Positions 25,914 to 36,211 of a stretch of 64,000 bases of DNA are shown here, piece after piece. Position 1 is the first letter of the stretch; every line of letters starts with the position of its first letter. Source of the stretch: Nitrosopumilus sp. (GTDB taxonomy: Archaea > Thermoproteota > Nitrososphaeria > Nitrososphaerales > Nitrosopumilaceae); NCBI GenBank assembly GCA_965224195.1, contig OZ245040.1:1792001-1856000 (forward strand), in the 5' to 3' direction. The notes below the pieces were generated by a model. That model searched no databases, had not been told where the DNA came from, and worked only from the letters and a program-made list of their open reading frames with translations. A program made the translations under genes and the position numbers.

Positions 25914-27971
25914 TTATTCATCAGTTTTATTGAGTTGTTCTTTCTTTCTTTTTAATGCTGCAAAAATTCCTATAATTGCTGCAAACCAAATTGCACTAAA
26001 CATCATATTTGCAGGACTGACATACATGTATGGAGTTGCATCCATAATGTTGATTTTTAATATAGCAGCTCTCTCATCCAGATCCAACATACCGGTATTA
26101 TAATCATCAGTTGTTTTTGTAACAGAGGAAAACTGGTCTATGTCAGAAATCATTGAAGCAATATTATTCTGAATTCTAAGAAAATTGGTAGATTCGGTTC
26201 CAAATATCCAAACAGGGTTTTTTGAAATAATTTTACCCTCAGGATCTAATGTTTCAGGCAAATTCGCCATTACGATATCTAAATCAGATTGTATCGCGAC
26301 TAAATGTTCACGCACCATAACAGGATCTGATGAAGATACAATTCCATCAAGATTTCCTCGAATTCTATCAAGAGGGTAAATATCAGAATTATATCCAGAA
26401 ATTGCCATATATCCTCCAAAAATAATAATTGCTAGTATTCCAATCATGGAAAGTTTGTAAACAGTATTTGCCATTTTTTCCTTCTTAGTTCTTGGTCGAT
26501 TATCACTTGATTTATTTCTTTTAAATCTAGTATGAGACACACTCAGGTATGCAATGAAAAAAAAGCCAATAGTTTGAAGAGTAATGATTGGTACAAACAC
26601 AGGATTGTTTGAAAAGATTGCAATGAAAATTCCCATTATTCCATAAACTCCAAAAAATATTTCTAGCAGAGTTGTTTGTGTAAATGGTAAATTATACGCC
26701 TTGTCTTTCCAATCATCTTTTTTTGTTACAATTCCATATTTTGGAGTTCTGTGAAATTCATTTTTCTTACCAAGTATTGCATCAAATACTGCTACGGTAT
26801 TATTAACAGACATACCAGCATTATAGATGAGTAATGCTGGAAGTAATTTTACTTTAGATTTCCATGACTTGTTATACATTCCCTGAATAACTAAAACATA
26901 TGCACCTGGCCCCATTGCAAGATATGCTGCAATTGTCAATGCAGGTAGAACACTTACAACATAAAGATTAACTTGTGCTGCTAGCAATACGGGTAATGAT
27001 AAAAATTGTATCAATACTAGAGGGTAAACAATATGACGAGTGAGTTGAATGAATGCCTGAATTTTAGCTTCAATAGCAACATTACGTTTTAGAGCAACAT
27101 CAGAAAGTAATTTTATTGCACATTGTATTGATCCTTTTGCCCAACGGAATTGCTGTCTTTTTGCCCCATTCATTTGTGCAGGCAATTCAGCATCAACTAC
27201 AATATCAGGTAAGAACAAACATTTCCAACCTTTCATTTGCGCACGATAGCTTAGATCAAGGTCCTCTACAAGTGTGGCAGTATGCCAACCTCCAGCATCC
27301 TCAATACAGTCACGTCTCCAAATACCTGCAGTTCCGTTAAAATTCATGAAAAGGTGGGAATTACTTTTAGCTTTCTGCTCTACAAGGAAATGGAAATCAA
27401 TACTGAGGGCTTGCACTTGAGTAATTGTAGAATAATCTTCATTGATATGTCCCCACCTACATTGAACTAGACCAATGTTTGATGTTGCAAAATGAGGTAT
27501 TGCTCTTTTAAGAAACCAAGTAGGGGGAATAAAATCAGCATCAAATATTGCAACAAGTTCTGTATCAGTTGTTTTCATTGCATGTTTTAATGCACCTGCT
27601 TTGTACCCTCTTCTGGTTCCACGTCTCACATGTTCAATTTGATATCCCTCTTTTTTGTAACCATCAACTACACCGCGAAGTAATTCAACGGTATCATCAT
27701 CTGAATCGTCACATACCATTATTTTCATTTTATCTTTTGGGTAATCCATATGACAAACTGCATCAACAAGTCGTTGTGCTACATATTTTTCATTGTAAAT
27801 TGGTAATTGTATTGTAATAGTCGGAGTTCCCCAATCAACTGTAGGGTAAGATTCTTTCCTTGTTCTTGAAAGAAATGCAAGATAGTAGAAATTAACTGTG
27901 TAAGCTGTAATAATTATAGCAGATAAAATAAACAGATCAAATACAAATGAAGTGAAAGGATTGATTGCCAT
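25914..27971 (-). CDS. GT2 glycosyltransferase (cellulose/glucomannan synthase-like)
   Basis: QLPIYNE, DDS, GYKAGAL, DAD, EDLD and QQFRW motifs; TM helices. Confidence 0.9.
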   Translation of the reverse strand: MAINPFTSFVFDLFILSAIIITAYTVNFYYLAFLSRTRKESYPTVDWGTPTITIQLPIYNEKYVAQRLVDAVCHMDYPKDKMKIMVCDDSDDDTVELLRGVVDGYKKEGYQIEHVRRGTRRGYKAGALKHAMKTTDTELVAIFDADFIPPTWFLKRAIPHFATSNIGLVQCRWGHINEDYSTITQVQALSIDFHFLVEQKAKSNSHLFMNFNGTAGIWRRDCIEDAGGWHTATLVEDLDLSYRAQMKGWKCLFLPDIVVDAELPAQMNGAKRQQFRWAKGSIQCAIKLLSDVALKRNVAIEAKIQAFIQLTRHIVYPLVLIQFLSLPVLLAAQVNLYVVSVLPALTIAAYLAMGPGAYVLVIQGMYNKSWKSKVKLLPALLIYNAGMSVNNTVAVFDAILGKKNEFHRTPKYGIVTKKDDWKDKAYNLPFTQTTLLEIFFGVYGIMGIFIAIFSNNPVFVPIITLQTIGFFFIAYLSVSHTRFKRNKSSDNRPRTKKEKMANTVYKLSMIGILAIIIFGGYMAISGYNSDIYPLDRIRGNLDGIVSSSDPVMVREHLVAIQSDLDIVMANLPETLDPEGKIISKNPVWIFGTESTNFLRIQNNIASMISDIDQFSSVTKTTDDYNTGMLDLDERAAILKINIMDATPYMYVSPANMMFSAIWFAAIIGIFAALKRKKEQLNKTDE

Positions 27972-28023
27972 ATCCCTAAATTCAAAGAATTACTAATCGC
28001 TATTTAAATTGCAAGAAATTAAA

Positions 28024-28971
28024 TTATTTTTGTTCGTAAATCTTGATTGCTTGTGGAGGGCATACACCTTCACATGCAAGACAGAAAATACAATCAGGTT
28101 CTTTTGACATTAACGGTTTTTGTTCTGATCCAGGATTTCCAGGAGAATCAAACCATTCGTATACATCAACAGGGCATGCTTCAAGGCATCCACCATCGGC
28201 TATACAAATATCATAATCTACTGAAACAAATTCCCCCCAGACACCCATGATACCATTACTTGTACCTCTTCTTCCCCAAGTTTTGATTGTGTGTTCAGGA
28301 GCTTCATATGCTGCAGAAGATTTCATTTTTGATTTGTAATCAACATCAATTGGTCCAGGTTTTGACCCGTCTGGAATTTCAATTTCACTATCATCTTCTT
28401 CGTCACCTTCTTCTTTTGCTTCTACAGGTTTTGGTTTTCCACCAAGAACAATTTTTGCAAGAGGAGTTAGTTCTTCTAGTTTTTGAATTGCAGCAATTTC
28501 AGAAATTTTTTCAGTTTTTACATAATAAGAAACCATTTTGTCAGCCAAGATAGTATTTCGTAAAATAGTATCAATTACCATTTTAGCAAAATGGTCAGCC
28601 TTTTTTCTATAATCTCTAACCCAATTAGGGTCACCGAATTTTTCGATTGGGAAAATTTGATAAATAATATCTACAACTTCACCAGTAACAATTTCTACAG
28701 TAACTGACAAATCAACTTCTTGGTATCCTTTAGCATCAGGATCAGCCATGTTTTGTTCTTTCCAACGATATGTCGCATAAATCCTATCAGCATACATGTC
28801 CATTTCAAATGCTTTTTTGAGACCATCATGGACAGATTTTAGTTCAACTGGATCTTCGAGTTTAATTGGTAAACGGTATAGTCCAAGTTTGAAACCATGT
28901 AAAGGATAAACACCACGTTTTGCAGTTGCGGCCTCCATTGAATAAACTCGATCTTTTAGGAGTAAAGACAT
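28024..28971 (-). CDS. Dicluster ferredoxin with long N-terminal extension
   Basis: CIADGGCLEACP and CIFCLACEGVCP motifs. Confidence 0.85.
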   Translation of the reverse strand: MSLLLKDRVYSMEAATAKRGVYPLHGFKLGLYRLPIKLEDPVELKSVHDGLKKAFEMDMYADRIYATYRWKEQNMADPDAKGYQEVDLSVTVEIVTGEVVDIIYQIFPIEKFGDPNWVRDYRKKADHFAKMVIDTILRNTILADKMVSYYVKTEKISEIAAIQKLEELTPLAKIVLGGKPKPVEAKEEGDEEDDSEIEIPDGSKPGPIDVDYKSKMKSSAAYEAPEHTIKTWGRRGTSNGIMGVWGEFVSVDYDICIADGGCLEACPVDVYEWFDSPGNPGSEQKPLMSKEPDCIFCLACEGVCPPQAIKIYEQK

Positions 28972-29007
28972 CTGAGTCTAGTAATCTTATTTTAGATAAA
29001 AAGGTTA

Positions 29008-29319
29008 TCAGTCGTCATCATCAGGGCATGTGAGTTCTCGCAGTTCAGTGTATTTTTTCTCCATCGCTTCTGCGTGAACCATTACCTTTGATAGATCATA
29101 GGAATCCTTTGCAAAATACCAACGAATTGGAACCCAATGACCAATTCCATCCATATCATGGATCATTCCTTTATCGGCCTTGACATTAATTTTTTCATCA
29201 ATAGATGTTTCTTTAATTTCAAGACCACGTTTTGTTTTGTCCTCCATGATAATATCAAACTCACCATCTTTGACAAAATAGAAAGTACCTTTCTCAAGAA
29301 CAGGAAGGTCTAAAAGCAA
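29008..29319 (-). CDS. Hypothetical protein
   Basis: 103-aa ORF directly downstream of the sulfurtransferase gene. Confidence 0.7.
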   Translation of the reverse strand: MLLDLPVLEKGTFYFVKDGEFDIIMEDKTKRGLEIKETSIDEKINVKADKGMIHDMDGIGHWVPIRWYFAKDSYDLSKVMVHAEAMEKKYTELRELTCPDDDD

Positions 29320-29320
29320 T

Positions 29321-30166
29321 TTATTTTTCCACTGGATTTCCTATCATGTTTCCCCATTCAGTCCAGGAACCATCGTAGTTTCTAACTTTTGGGTATCCAA
29401 GTAGATATTTCAATACAAACCAACTATGTGAAGAACGTTCACCAATTCTACAATAACAAATTACATCTTTATCAGGAGTAACTCCTTTTGGCTCATAATT
29501 TTGTTTTAATTCTTCAACTGCTTTAAAAGTACCATCTGCATCATTAACTGCAGTTGCCCAAGGAATATTGTTTGCATCAGGTATATGACCGCCTCTTTGT
29601 GCATGCTCCATTGGATATTCTGGAGGAGCAGTAATTTGACCAGTAAATTCTGCAGGAGATCTTACATCTACCAATACAGTGTCTTCTTTTCCTAAAGCTC
29701 TACTAACATCAAATAGATATGCACGTAATCCCTCGTCTGGAGGTTGTCCAACATAAGTTGCCGATGCTAGTTGAGGTTCATCAGTAGTGTACTCTTTGTT
29801 TTCTAATTCCCATTTTTTTCTTCCACCGTTCATGATCTTTAAATTTTCATGGCCATAGATTTTGAAAACCCAGAAAACAAATGCTGCAAACCAATTGTTA
29901 AAGTCACCATAAAGAATGACTTCAGTATCTGCAGTAATTCCATTTTTAGCCATTAATGCTTCAAATTCTTTTTTACTAATGATATCTCTTGTAACAGGAT
30001 CATTAATGTCTCGTTTCCACCAAATTAAACTGGCACCATTAATGTGACCTTTTTGATATCCATTTACAGGATCATAATCAACTTCGACTAATTTCCTTTT
30101 CTCATTAGGAGGATTTTGTGATACCCATTCTGTATCAACTAAAACTTCAGGGTGTGCGTAATTCAT
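29321..30166 (-). CDS. Thiosulfate sulfurtransferase (two-domain rhodanese)
   Basis: CRIGERS active site; YDGSWTEW. Confidence 0.93.
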   Translation of the reverse strand: MNYAHPEVLVDTEWVSQNPPNEKRKLVEVDYDPVNGYQKGHINGASLIWWKRDINDPVTRDIISKKEFEALMAKNGITADTEVILYGDFNNWFAAFVFWVFKIYGHENLKIMNGGRKKWELENKEYTTDEPQLASATYVGQPPDEGLRAYLFDVSRALGKEDTVLVDVRSPAEFTGQITAPPEYPMEHAQRGGHIPDANNIPWATAVNDADGTFKAVEELKQNYEPKGVTPDKDVICYCRIGERSSHSWFVLKYLLGYPKVRNYDGSWTEWGNMIGNPVEK

Positions 30167-30256
30167 AATGGATACGGATTTGTGTTCATACTTATTTGTT
30201 TTTCCAAAAAATAGGGAAAATATCATTTTTATGTAAACATAATTCAGAAGAACTGC

Positions 30257-31072
30257 TTGAAATTACAAAAAGTAGCAGTAGTTAGTAAGGTAGGTTCCAA
30301 AGATTCAGAGCAAGCTGCAAAAGAGGTCACAAAAAAGCTACTAGCCAAAAAATCAACCGTATTTACCATTTCTCCAATTGAAGTTGAAGGTGCAAAACAA
30401 ATGGAAACTTTGGAGGAATTAAAGAAGGAAAAATTAGATTTGGTAATTACTTTAGGCGGAGATGGAACAACACTTCGCGTATTTAGAAACTTGGAAAATG
30501 AAACCCCAATTCTAACTATCAATGTAGGAGGGAATAGAGGGATTTTAGCAGAAATTACAATTGAAGAAATAGATCAGGCAATTAACCAAATTTTAAAAGA
30601 CAAATTCTTTTTAGATAAAAGAACCAGAGTCGTTGCATCTTGTGGAGGAAAAGAATTTCCACCAGCATTAAACGAAATTTACATCACTAGAACAAATTTA
30701 ACTAAAACTGCAGAAATTAAAATTAAATTTCAAGATGACATAGTCAAACAAAAAATGGATGGAGTGATCATTGCAACACCTAGCGGTTCTACAGGTCACT
30801 CTTTTTCATTAGGAGGTCCAATTTTGCATGAAAGTTTAGATGTCTTAATTATAACACCTGTTGCTCCAGTGTATAGATTAGCATCATTGATTGTTCCAGA
30901 TGAAAAAATTGAAATTGTATGTTCTCATGATTGCAATATTGCAATGGATGCACAAGTAGTCAAAGCAGTAGGATATGAAGAACCAATCACCATTAAAAAA
31001 TACAAAAAACCTGCAGTCTTTCTAAGATTAAAGAAAAGAGGACTGAGACAGATGAGCAAACTTGGATTTTAG
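30257..31072 (+). CDS. nadK: NAD kinase
   Basis: GGDGT, NE and DGVIIATPSGSTGH motifs. Confidence 0.93.
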   Translation: MKLQKVAVVSKVGSKDSEQAAKEVTKKLLAKKSTVFTISPIEVEGAKQMETLEELKKEKLDLVITLGGDGTTLRVFRNLENETPILTINVGGNRGILAEITIEEIDQAINQILKDKFFLDKRTRVVASCGGKEFPPALNEIYITRTNLTKTAEIKIKFQDDIVKQKMDGVIIATPSGSTGHSFSLGGPILHESLDVLIITPVAPVYRLASLIVPDEKIEIVCSHDCNIAMDAQVVKAVGYEEPITIKKYKKPAVFLRLKKRGLRQMSKLGF

Positions 31073-31547
31073 AATTTTAGACGCTAGTGCATTTTATGCA
31101 GGAGTTCCTTTCAGATCATCAGAGGACTGTTACACAACATCATTAGTTTATGAAGAAATTAAACACATAAAGAAAAACCATGGCGCTTTAGGAACTTTGC
31201 TTGAAACTAACAGATTAAAAATTAGAGAACCTGATCTAGAATCAATAAAAATTGCAATCAAATCATCAAAAAATACAGGAGATTTTCCTCAGTTATCAAA
31301 ACAAGATATTTCCATTATTGCATTAGGCATCAACATGAAAGGTCAAATAATTAGTGATGATTTTGCAATTTCAAATGTAGCTAAAAATTTAGGTCTAGAA
31401 ATCATACCTATCATGACTAAAGGTATCAAGGATGTTGGGAAATGGATTCACTATTGTCCTGGATGTAGAACTAATCATACAACAGGAAAAGAATGTCCAA
31501 TGTGTGGAACTCCACTAAAAAGAAAATTACTCAAACAAATCAGTTGA
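31062..31547 (+). CDS. nob1: NOB1-family PIN endonuclease
   Basis: ILDASAF, LS.QD and SDDFAISN; C-terminal CPGC/CPMCG. Confidence 0.85.
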   Translation: MDFRILDASAFYAGVPFRSSEDCYTTSLVYEEIKHIKKNHGALGTLLETNRLKIREPDLESIKIAIKSSKNTGDFPQLSKQDISIIALGINMKGQIISDDFAISNVAKNLGLEIIPIMTKGIKDVGKWIHYCPGCRTNHTTGKECPMCGTPLKRKLLKQIS

Positions 31548-31580
31548 AATTAGATATAATTTGAAATTAATTTAACCCCA

Positions 31581-32267
31581 TCAAGAATCATGTAAAGTTT
31601 TTTGATTTGATGCTTTTAGAAATTTACTTTTAGTATCCAGGGTTTTTTTAATTTTTTTTGCACGAGCATCACCCAAACCTTCAACTTTTGCCAATTCAGC
31701 AGTAGTAGCACTAAAAACTTTCAAAGGAGTTCCAAATTTTGTTAGCATTCTAACTGCAAATTTTTCTCCAATTCCAGGTAAACTACAAAGGACTGAAAGC
31801 TGTTGTTTTCCCAAATCAGAAGATTTTTTTATCTTTTTCAGATACGGACCCTTTGGAGCATCTTTTCTAGAACACATTGATACCAAAAGTTTAGCAGTAT
31901 GTGCAGCGCTAGGTGTTGGAATTACAGGGATTTTAAAATCAAGAACTACAGTTGATAGTGCACCATAAAAAATCAGAGGGTTTTCAGTAATCTCTTCAAT
32001 TTCATCAACATTACCTTCCATGAGAACAACAGGGTGCTCAAAGTGTTCTTTTAATCTAGAGCATTGATCAAAAAGTCTTCCATCAAAAACTGAAGCCATA
32101 AGATCACGAATACTTTTTCTCTCAACAATTGTTTCAGGAGCAACGATATAATCACCAATTGGAAGTGTTTTCATTTCAATATTCAATCCAATTGATTTTA
32201 ACAAATCAGGAATTCCACTTTTTCTCTCTCGTTCATCTACTATGATTCGAAGATTTTCTAAATTCAC
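31581..32267 (-). CDS. xpf: XPF/ERCC4 structure-specific nuclease
   Basis: VDERE, GDY and VERKS motifs; two HhH motifs. Confidence 0.9.
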   Translation of the reverse strand: MNLENLRIIVDERERKSGIPDLLKSIGLNIEMKTLPIGDYIVAPETIVERKSIRDLMASVFDGRLFDQCSRLKEHFEHPVVLMEGNVDEIEEITENPLIFYGALSTVVLDFKIPVIPTPSAAHTAKLLVSMCSRKDAPKGPYLKKIKKSSDLGKQQLSVLCSLPGIGEKFAVRMLTKFGTPLKVFSATTAELAKVEGLGDARAKKIKKTLDTKSKFLKASNQKTLHDS

Positions 32268-32319
32268 AGCATTGCTAAGAAAGAATTGTTAATATCTTGT
32301 ATGAAATTAAACTAAAAAA

Positions 32320-32724
32320 TTATTTTCTAGGATTATCTTCTACAGGAGGTGGATTTGGAGGAGGAGCACCTGCAGGGCCACCTTTCATTTGTTCAGTGAT
32401 TTTTGCTTCTTGTTCTTTTAGAGTTTCTTTTAGACGTGTTTCTTGTTTTTCAAGAACCACCGCACGAGTTTTAGTAAGTTCAATTCTCTCTTCTAATTCA
32501 TCAATTAATTCTTGTTTTTTTGATTTAATCAAAACTGTACCAGCTTGTTTAAAGACAGAATCACCATCAGCAACTTTTCGTAGTTCTTCAAGAGCTTTTC
32601 CTGTTTCTGCATTTTCAATTTCAAGATGTTGTTTTTGTTGCATTACAGATTGAAGGTTCTGTTGAGATTGTTGCATTTTCATTATTTGTTCTTGAAGCCA
32701 TGGTGGCATTTGTCCTGCTGACAT
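32320..32724 (-). CDS. pfdB: Prefoldin beta subunit
   Basis: ALEEL....VFKQAGTVLI; exosome-cluster context. Confidence 0.9.
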   Translation of the reverse strand: MSAGQMPPWLQEQIMKMQQSQQNLQSVMQQKQHLEIENAETGKALEELRKVADGDSVFKQAGTVLIKSKKQELIDELEERIELTKTRAVVLEKQETRLKETLKEQEAKITEQMKGGPAGAPPPNPPPVEDNPRK

Positions 32725-32747
32725 AATTTACCAAAAAATTTGTTTCA

Positions 32748-32993
32748 TTATATCTTTACCGATTCTATTGAATCATAACTTGCCTGAATTAATCGAAGAG
32801 TTGAATTCAAGTTTGCTCTAAGATGAGTTAATTGTTCAGTTTCAACAGAAATGGTAATTTTTTCATCAAAAATTATCTGGGTTTTCACAGGGTTTTCAGG
32901 ATAAAACTCATTATCAGTATTTACAGAATCAAAAATTGCTTTCGTCTTGTCTTTTGCATCAACGATGATTTCTGCACTAAAGTTTAATGTCAT
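32748..32993 (-). CDS. pcc1: KEOPS complex subunit Pcc1
   Basis: LRANLNSTLRLI motif; lies between rpl37ae and pfdB. Confidence 0.8.
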   Translation of the reverse strand: MTLNFSAEIIVDAKDKTKAIFDSVNTDNEFYPENPVKTQIIFDEKITISVETEQLTHLRANLNSTLRLIQASYDSIESVKI

Positions 32994-33198
32994 ATGCAGT
33001 TCCGGCTACTTTATAGCTGCATTTTTTACAAGACCAAATTCCAACGGCATCACGTCCAAAGTTTTGTGAACCACATTCAGGACAAGTTCGTTTTTCTTTT
33101 AATGTATAATGAACTTTTGAATATTGTTTTCTAAGTTTAATTCCGTAACGAGCACCTAATCCTTTAAGGGCTTTTTTTGCTTTAGAGTGTTTAACCAT
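32977..33198 (-). CDS. rpl37ae: 50S ribosomal protein eL43 (L37Ae)
   Basis: GARYG..LRK, CPECG and GIWSCKKC motifs. Confidence 0.93.
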   Translation of the reverse strand: MVKHSKAKKALKGLGARYGIKLRKQYSKVHYTLKEKRTCPECGSQNFGRDAVGIWSCKKCSYKVAGTAYDIKL

Positions 33199-33199
33199 T

Positions 33200-34018
33200 T
33201 TACTGACTACCTTTTTGGGCTGCTTTTATTACTTCTCTTATTTTTGCACCTACACGTACAGAGATTTCACCACATTGATTAATTTCATCTTGTGTAAATC
33301 CATCACTACCACCTTTTTGTAATGCAACAATATTTCCATCAGAATCACTAGTAATTGTAATACGAGCATCCATACTAGCCCATTCATCCCCATTTGGATC
33401 AACTATGATATGACTACCAATTTTTCCCATAGTTACAGATACTGGGATTGTTGCAGTTGGTAAAGCAGTTTCTTCACCTTCAGCAAGTTGTGGTAGGTCA
33501 TCAACCCAATTCCATTTTGGGGTTGTTGATGTAAGTAAAGCGGCAGTTGCAGCATAAGAGCATGCATCAAAGAGATTTCCATCATAATCAACAACAACAA
33601 TATCAGCAAATACACCAATCACAGATTTGTCTTTTTCAATAACCAATTGAGAAACATCAACCATGTGGCTTTCTCTAATTCCTCTATCAACAACTCTTGC
33701 TAATTCAATTACATGTGGTTGTGGAGGCCCAGTTTCTACTGTTGGATGAGATAATGGTAAGAGTTCAGCAGTACAAATGAAAAGACCACGATCACCAGTA
33801 TCTGGGAAAGGTCTATCAGGTTTAATTTTTACCCCACAAATTGTTTCAGTATCACCAAGATAGACTCTTGCTGAACCGTTTGCGTGTGGAATTGCATTAA
33901 TTTCAATTTTGATTTCACGTGGCTCATCAAGAGCACGTCCATCAACACGTTTTCCTTGTTCTAATAATTCAAGAATTTGTGCTTTCTTTAATTGATCAAT
34001 AACAGAAACAGATGCCAA
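33200..34018 (-). CDS. rrp42: Exosome subunit Rrp42
   Basis: RVDGR, ELARVVDRGIRES and DGNLFDA motifs. Confidence 0.95.
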   Translation of the reverse strand: MASVSVIDQLKKAQILELLEQGKRVDGRALDEPREIKIEINAIPHANGSARVYLGDTETICGVKIKPDRPFPDTGDRGLFICTAELLPLSHPTVETGPPQPHVIELARVVDRGIRESHMVDVSQLVIEKDKSVIGVFADIVVVDYDGNLFDACSYAATAALLTSTTPKWNWVDDLPQLAEGEETALPTATIPVSVTMGKIGSHIIVDPNGDEWASMDARITITSDSDGNIVALQKGGSDGFTQDEINQCGEISVRVGAKIREVIKAAQKGSQ

Positions 34019-34020
34019 TT

Positions 34021-34755
34021 TTAGTCTCCTCCATTTCCAAAGTATTTGTCTTTGAGTGCCTTCTTTTGTAGTTCGTAAACAATTTTACAACCCTTTACTC
34101 CAACATCAACACATTTTTTGTATTCTTCAGGAGTCAAAACTCCATCTAATTGTAATAGTGTAATTTTATCAAGACTTGGCATGTAACCAATTGGCATATC
34201 TGCTTGACCTGCTTGATCTTCTTCATTGTTAACATCAAGAATGATAGTATCTGCAACTTTTCCAGATGCAACTGCTGCAACCATATCTCGCATTGGAATT
34301 CCAGCATCAGCTAATGCAACAGATGCTGCAGTAAGTGCAGCGCATCTTGTTCCACCATCGGCTTGTAATACTTCAATAAATACATCAACTGCAGTTCTTG
34401 GGAATTTCTCCAACATTACTGCAGGTTCTAGTGCTTCTTTGATTACTTTGGATATTTCAATTTCTCTTCTTGAAGGTGCAGGGTTTTTTCTATCACCAAC
34501 AGAGAATGGTTCCATGTGATATCTAACTCTTAAAATTCCAGTATCAGTATTTGACATGTGTTTTGGGTGTACATCTCTTGGACCAAAAACTCCAACCAAA
34601 ATTTTATTATCACCAAATTCAATGTAAGCAGAACCATCAGCGTTTTTCAATCCACCGGCTCTAATCATAATTCGTCGGGTCTCGTCTATTTTACGACCAT
34701 CACAACGAACACCATTCTCGTCCAATAGGACCATTGTTGCGTCTCGTCCGCCCAT
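34021..34755 (-). CDS. rrp41: Exosome subunit Rrp41
   Basis: ADGSAY, RREIEISKVI and QADGGTR motifs. Confidence 0.95.
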   Translation of the reverse strand: MGGRDATMVLLDENGVRCDGRKIDETRRIMIRAGGLKNADGSAYIEFGDNKILVGVFGPRDVHPKHMSNTDTGILRVRYHMEPFSVGDRKNPAPSRREIEISKVIKEALEPAVMLEKFPRTAVDVFIEVLQADGGTRCAALTAASVALADAGIPMRDMVAAVASGKVADTIILDVNNEEDQAGQADMPIGYMPSLDKITLLQLDGVLTPEEYKKCVDVGVKGCKIVYELQKKALKDKYFGNGGD

Positions 34756-35438
34756 TAAGTTTCATCATCCTTTATTTCTAACATTTCTTTAATCTGGTCA
34801 GTCAAATTAGCAACATGTGCTTTCTGATCAACCATTTCAATTGCTTTTTTAGCCTTTAATAATCCCTCGGGAGTTTCACAAGAAACTACAACCCAGCCAT
34901 TCTGACCAATTGTAACTGCAGCATTGGTAGCCATTTCAATCATCTGAATCATACTGCCTCTCTTTCCAATTAGGCGTGGAACTTTACTTGGTGAAATTTT
35001 AACTAAATCACCAGAGTCAATTGCACCTAAATCTCTATCAGAGATTGTAACCAGAGGATCTCTTGTTCTATCAAAATTAGCAATTCTTGCTGCCACTAGA
35101 TCTCCTGTTTTTAGTTTAGTTGCAAGTTCATCAGCATGTGCAGAAAAGTCTCGTCCAAAAACATCTTGTGCAGGCAAAAATCCAGCATAACATGAATTAA
35201 TATCAAGTTCCCAAGATAGTGATGTGTGTGAATTTACTTTACCAATGACAAGATCATCAATTTTTGGGATATATTTTCCAGTTAACGTAATTACACGAAC
35301 TGAATCTTCATAAATTTCAGAAATACCTATAGTTGTAGAAATTATCTTTTCTCCTTCAAGGATTACATTTTGTTCAGGTCTAAATGGACCAGTAGTTACA
35401 ACATCGCCTGGAATAACATATTTTCTTTTATTATCCAT
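34755..35438 (-). CDS. rrp4: Exosome subunit Rrp4
   Basis: S1 and KH domains (KVPRLIGKRGSMI). Confidence 0.95.
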   Translation of the reverse strand: MDNKRKYVIPGDVVTTGPFRPEQNVILEGEKIISTTIGISEIYEDSVRVITLTGKYIPKIDDLVIGKVNSHTSLSWELDINSCYAGFLPAQDVFGRDFSAHADELATKLKTGDLVAARIANFDRTRDPLVTISDRDLGAIDSGDLVKISPSKVPRLIGKRGSMIQMIEMATNAAVTIGQNGWVVVSCETPEGLLKAKKAIEMVDQKAHVANLTDQIKEMLEIKDDET

Positions 35439-36124
35439 TATTGAACTACCTCAACTGAAGCTGAGCCCTTGGTTATAGAACCTAATCTGTCTATCACATT
35501 TGGCCTTGCTGCAGCGGGTATTTCAAGTATTGCTTTTAATGAACCATTATTTTGCCATTCTTCAGATTGTAAAGAACCTACAGATTTTAGCACTGCATAT
35601 GATTGAGATGCAAATTGTGCCGGAATTACAATTTCCAATTTTAGGCTTTCTGATTTTAGTGCAATTATGGAACGCAGTTGTTCTACAATATCTTTTACCT
35701 GCTCATCAACGCTTTTTTGAGGATCAACTGAAACTCGTCCATCTTTCATAGCCTGCTCAATCCTCAATGGAGGATGTGGCAAATGTGATTTAGGATCTAC
35801 GTATGTTTTAGCAATATATGTGACAATCTGTTTTTTCTTGTCTTCCACCATTTTTCTTCTTTGATCAGTAGTAAGATTCAGATCACCTTTCTCAAGGATT
35901 ATCTGAGCAATTTCAGTCTGGTCTTCAGTTTTGAATGCTTTTAATAATTTCTCAGCAGAAGGTCTTGTACCTTTTCCAGAATCAGTGTAAATTTCATCAG
36001 ATACCAAAACAGCGGAAATATCTTTTTTCTTCCCTATTTTGTAATCTAACGCAGGATCAGGTTTTACCATAATCTCAAATTTTTCCCCTTCAAAGGAATA
36101 TCTCACTAATGTTACATCGACCAT
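35438..36124 (-). CDS. sdo1: Ribosome maturation factor SBDS/Sdo1
   Basis: GEKFEI, LTTDQRR and PHPPLRIE motifs. Confidence 0.93.
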   Translation of the reverse strand: MVDVTLVRYSFEGEKFEIMVKPDPALDYKIGKKKDISAVLVSDEIYTDSGKGTRPSAEKLLKAFKTEDQTEIAQIILEKGDLNLTTDQRRKMVEDKKKQIVTYIAKTYVDPKSHLPHPPLRIEQAMKDGRVSVDPQKSVDEQVKDIVEQLRSIIALKSESLKLEIVIPAQFASQSYAVLKSVGSLQSEEWQNNGSLKAILEIPAAARPNVIDRLGSITKGSASVEVVQ

Positions 36125-36211
36125 TTCTAAAATAGATATGAGGATTTGCTATTTATCTATACGTAAAACTAGCTAGATTTTTATGTGGACTTTGAAGATT
36201 TTGTTCAAGAT

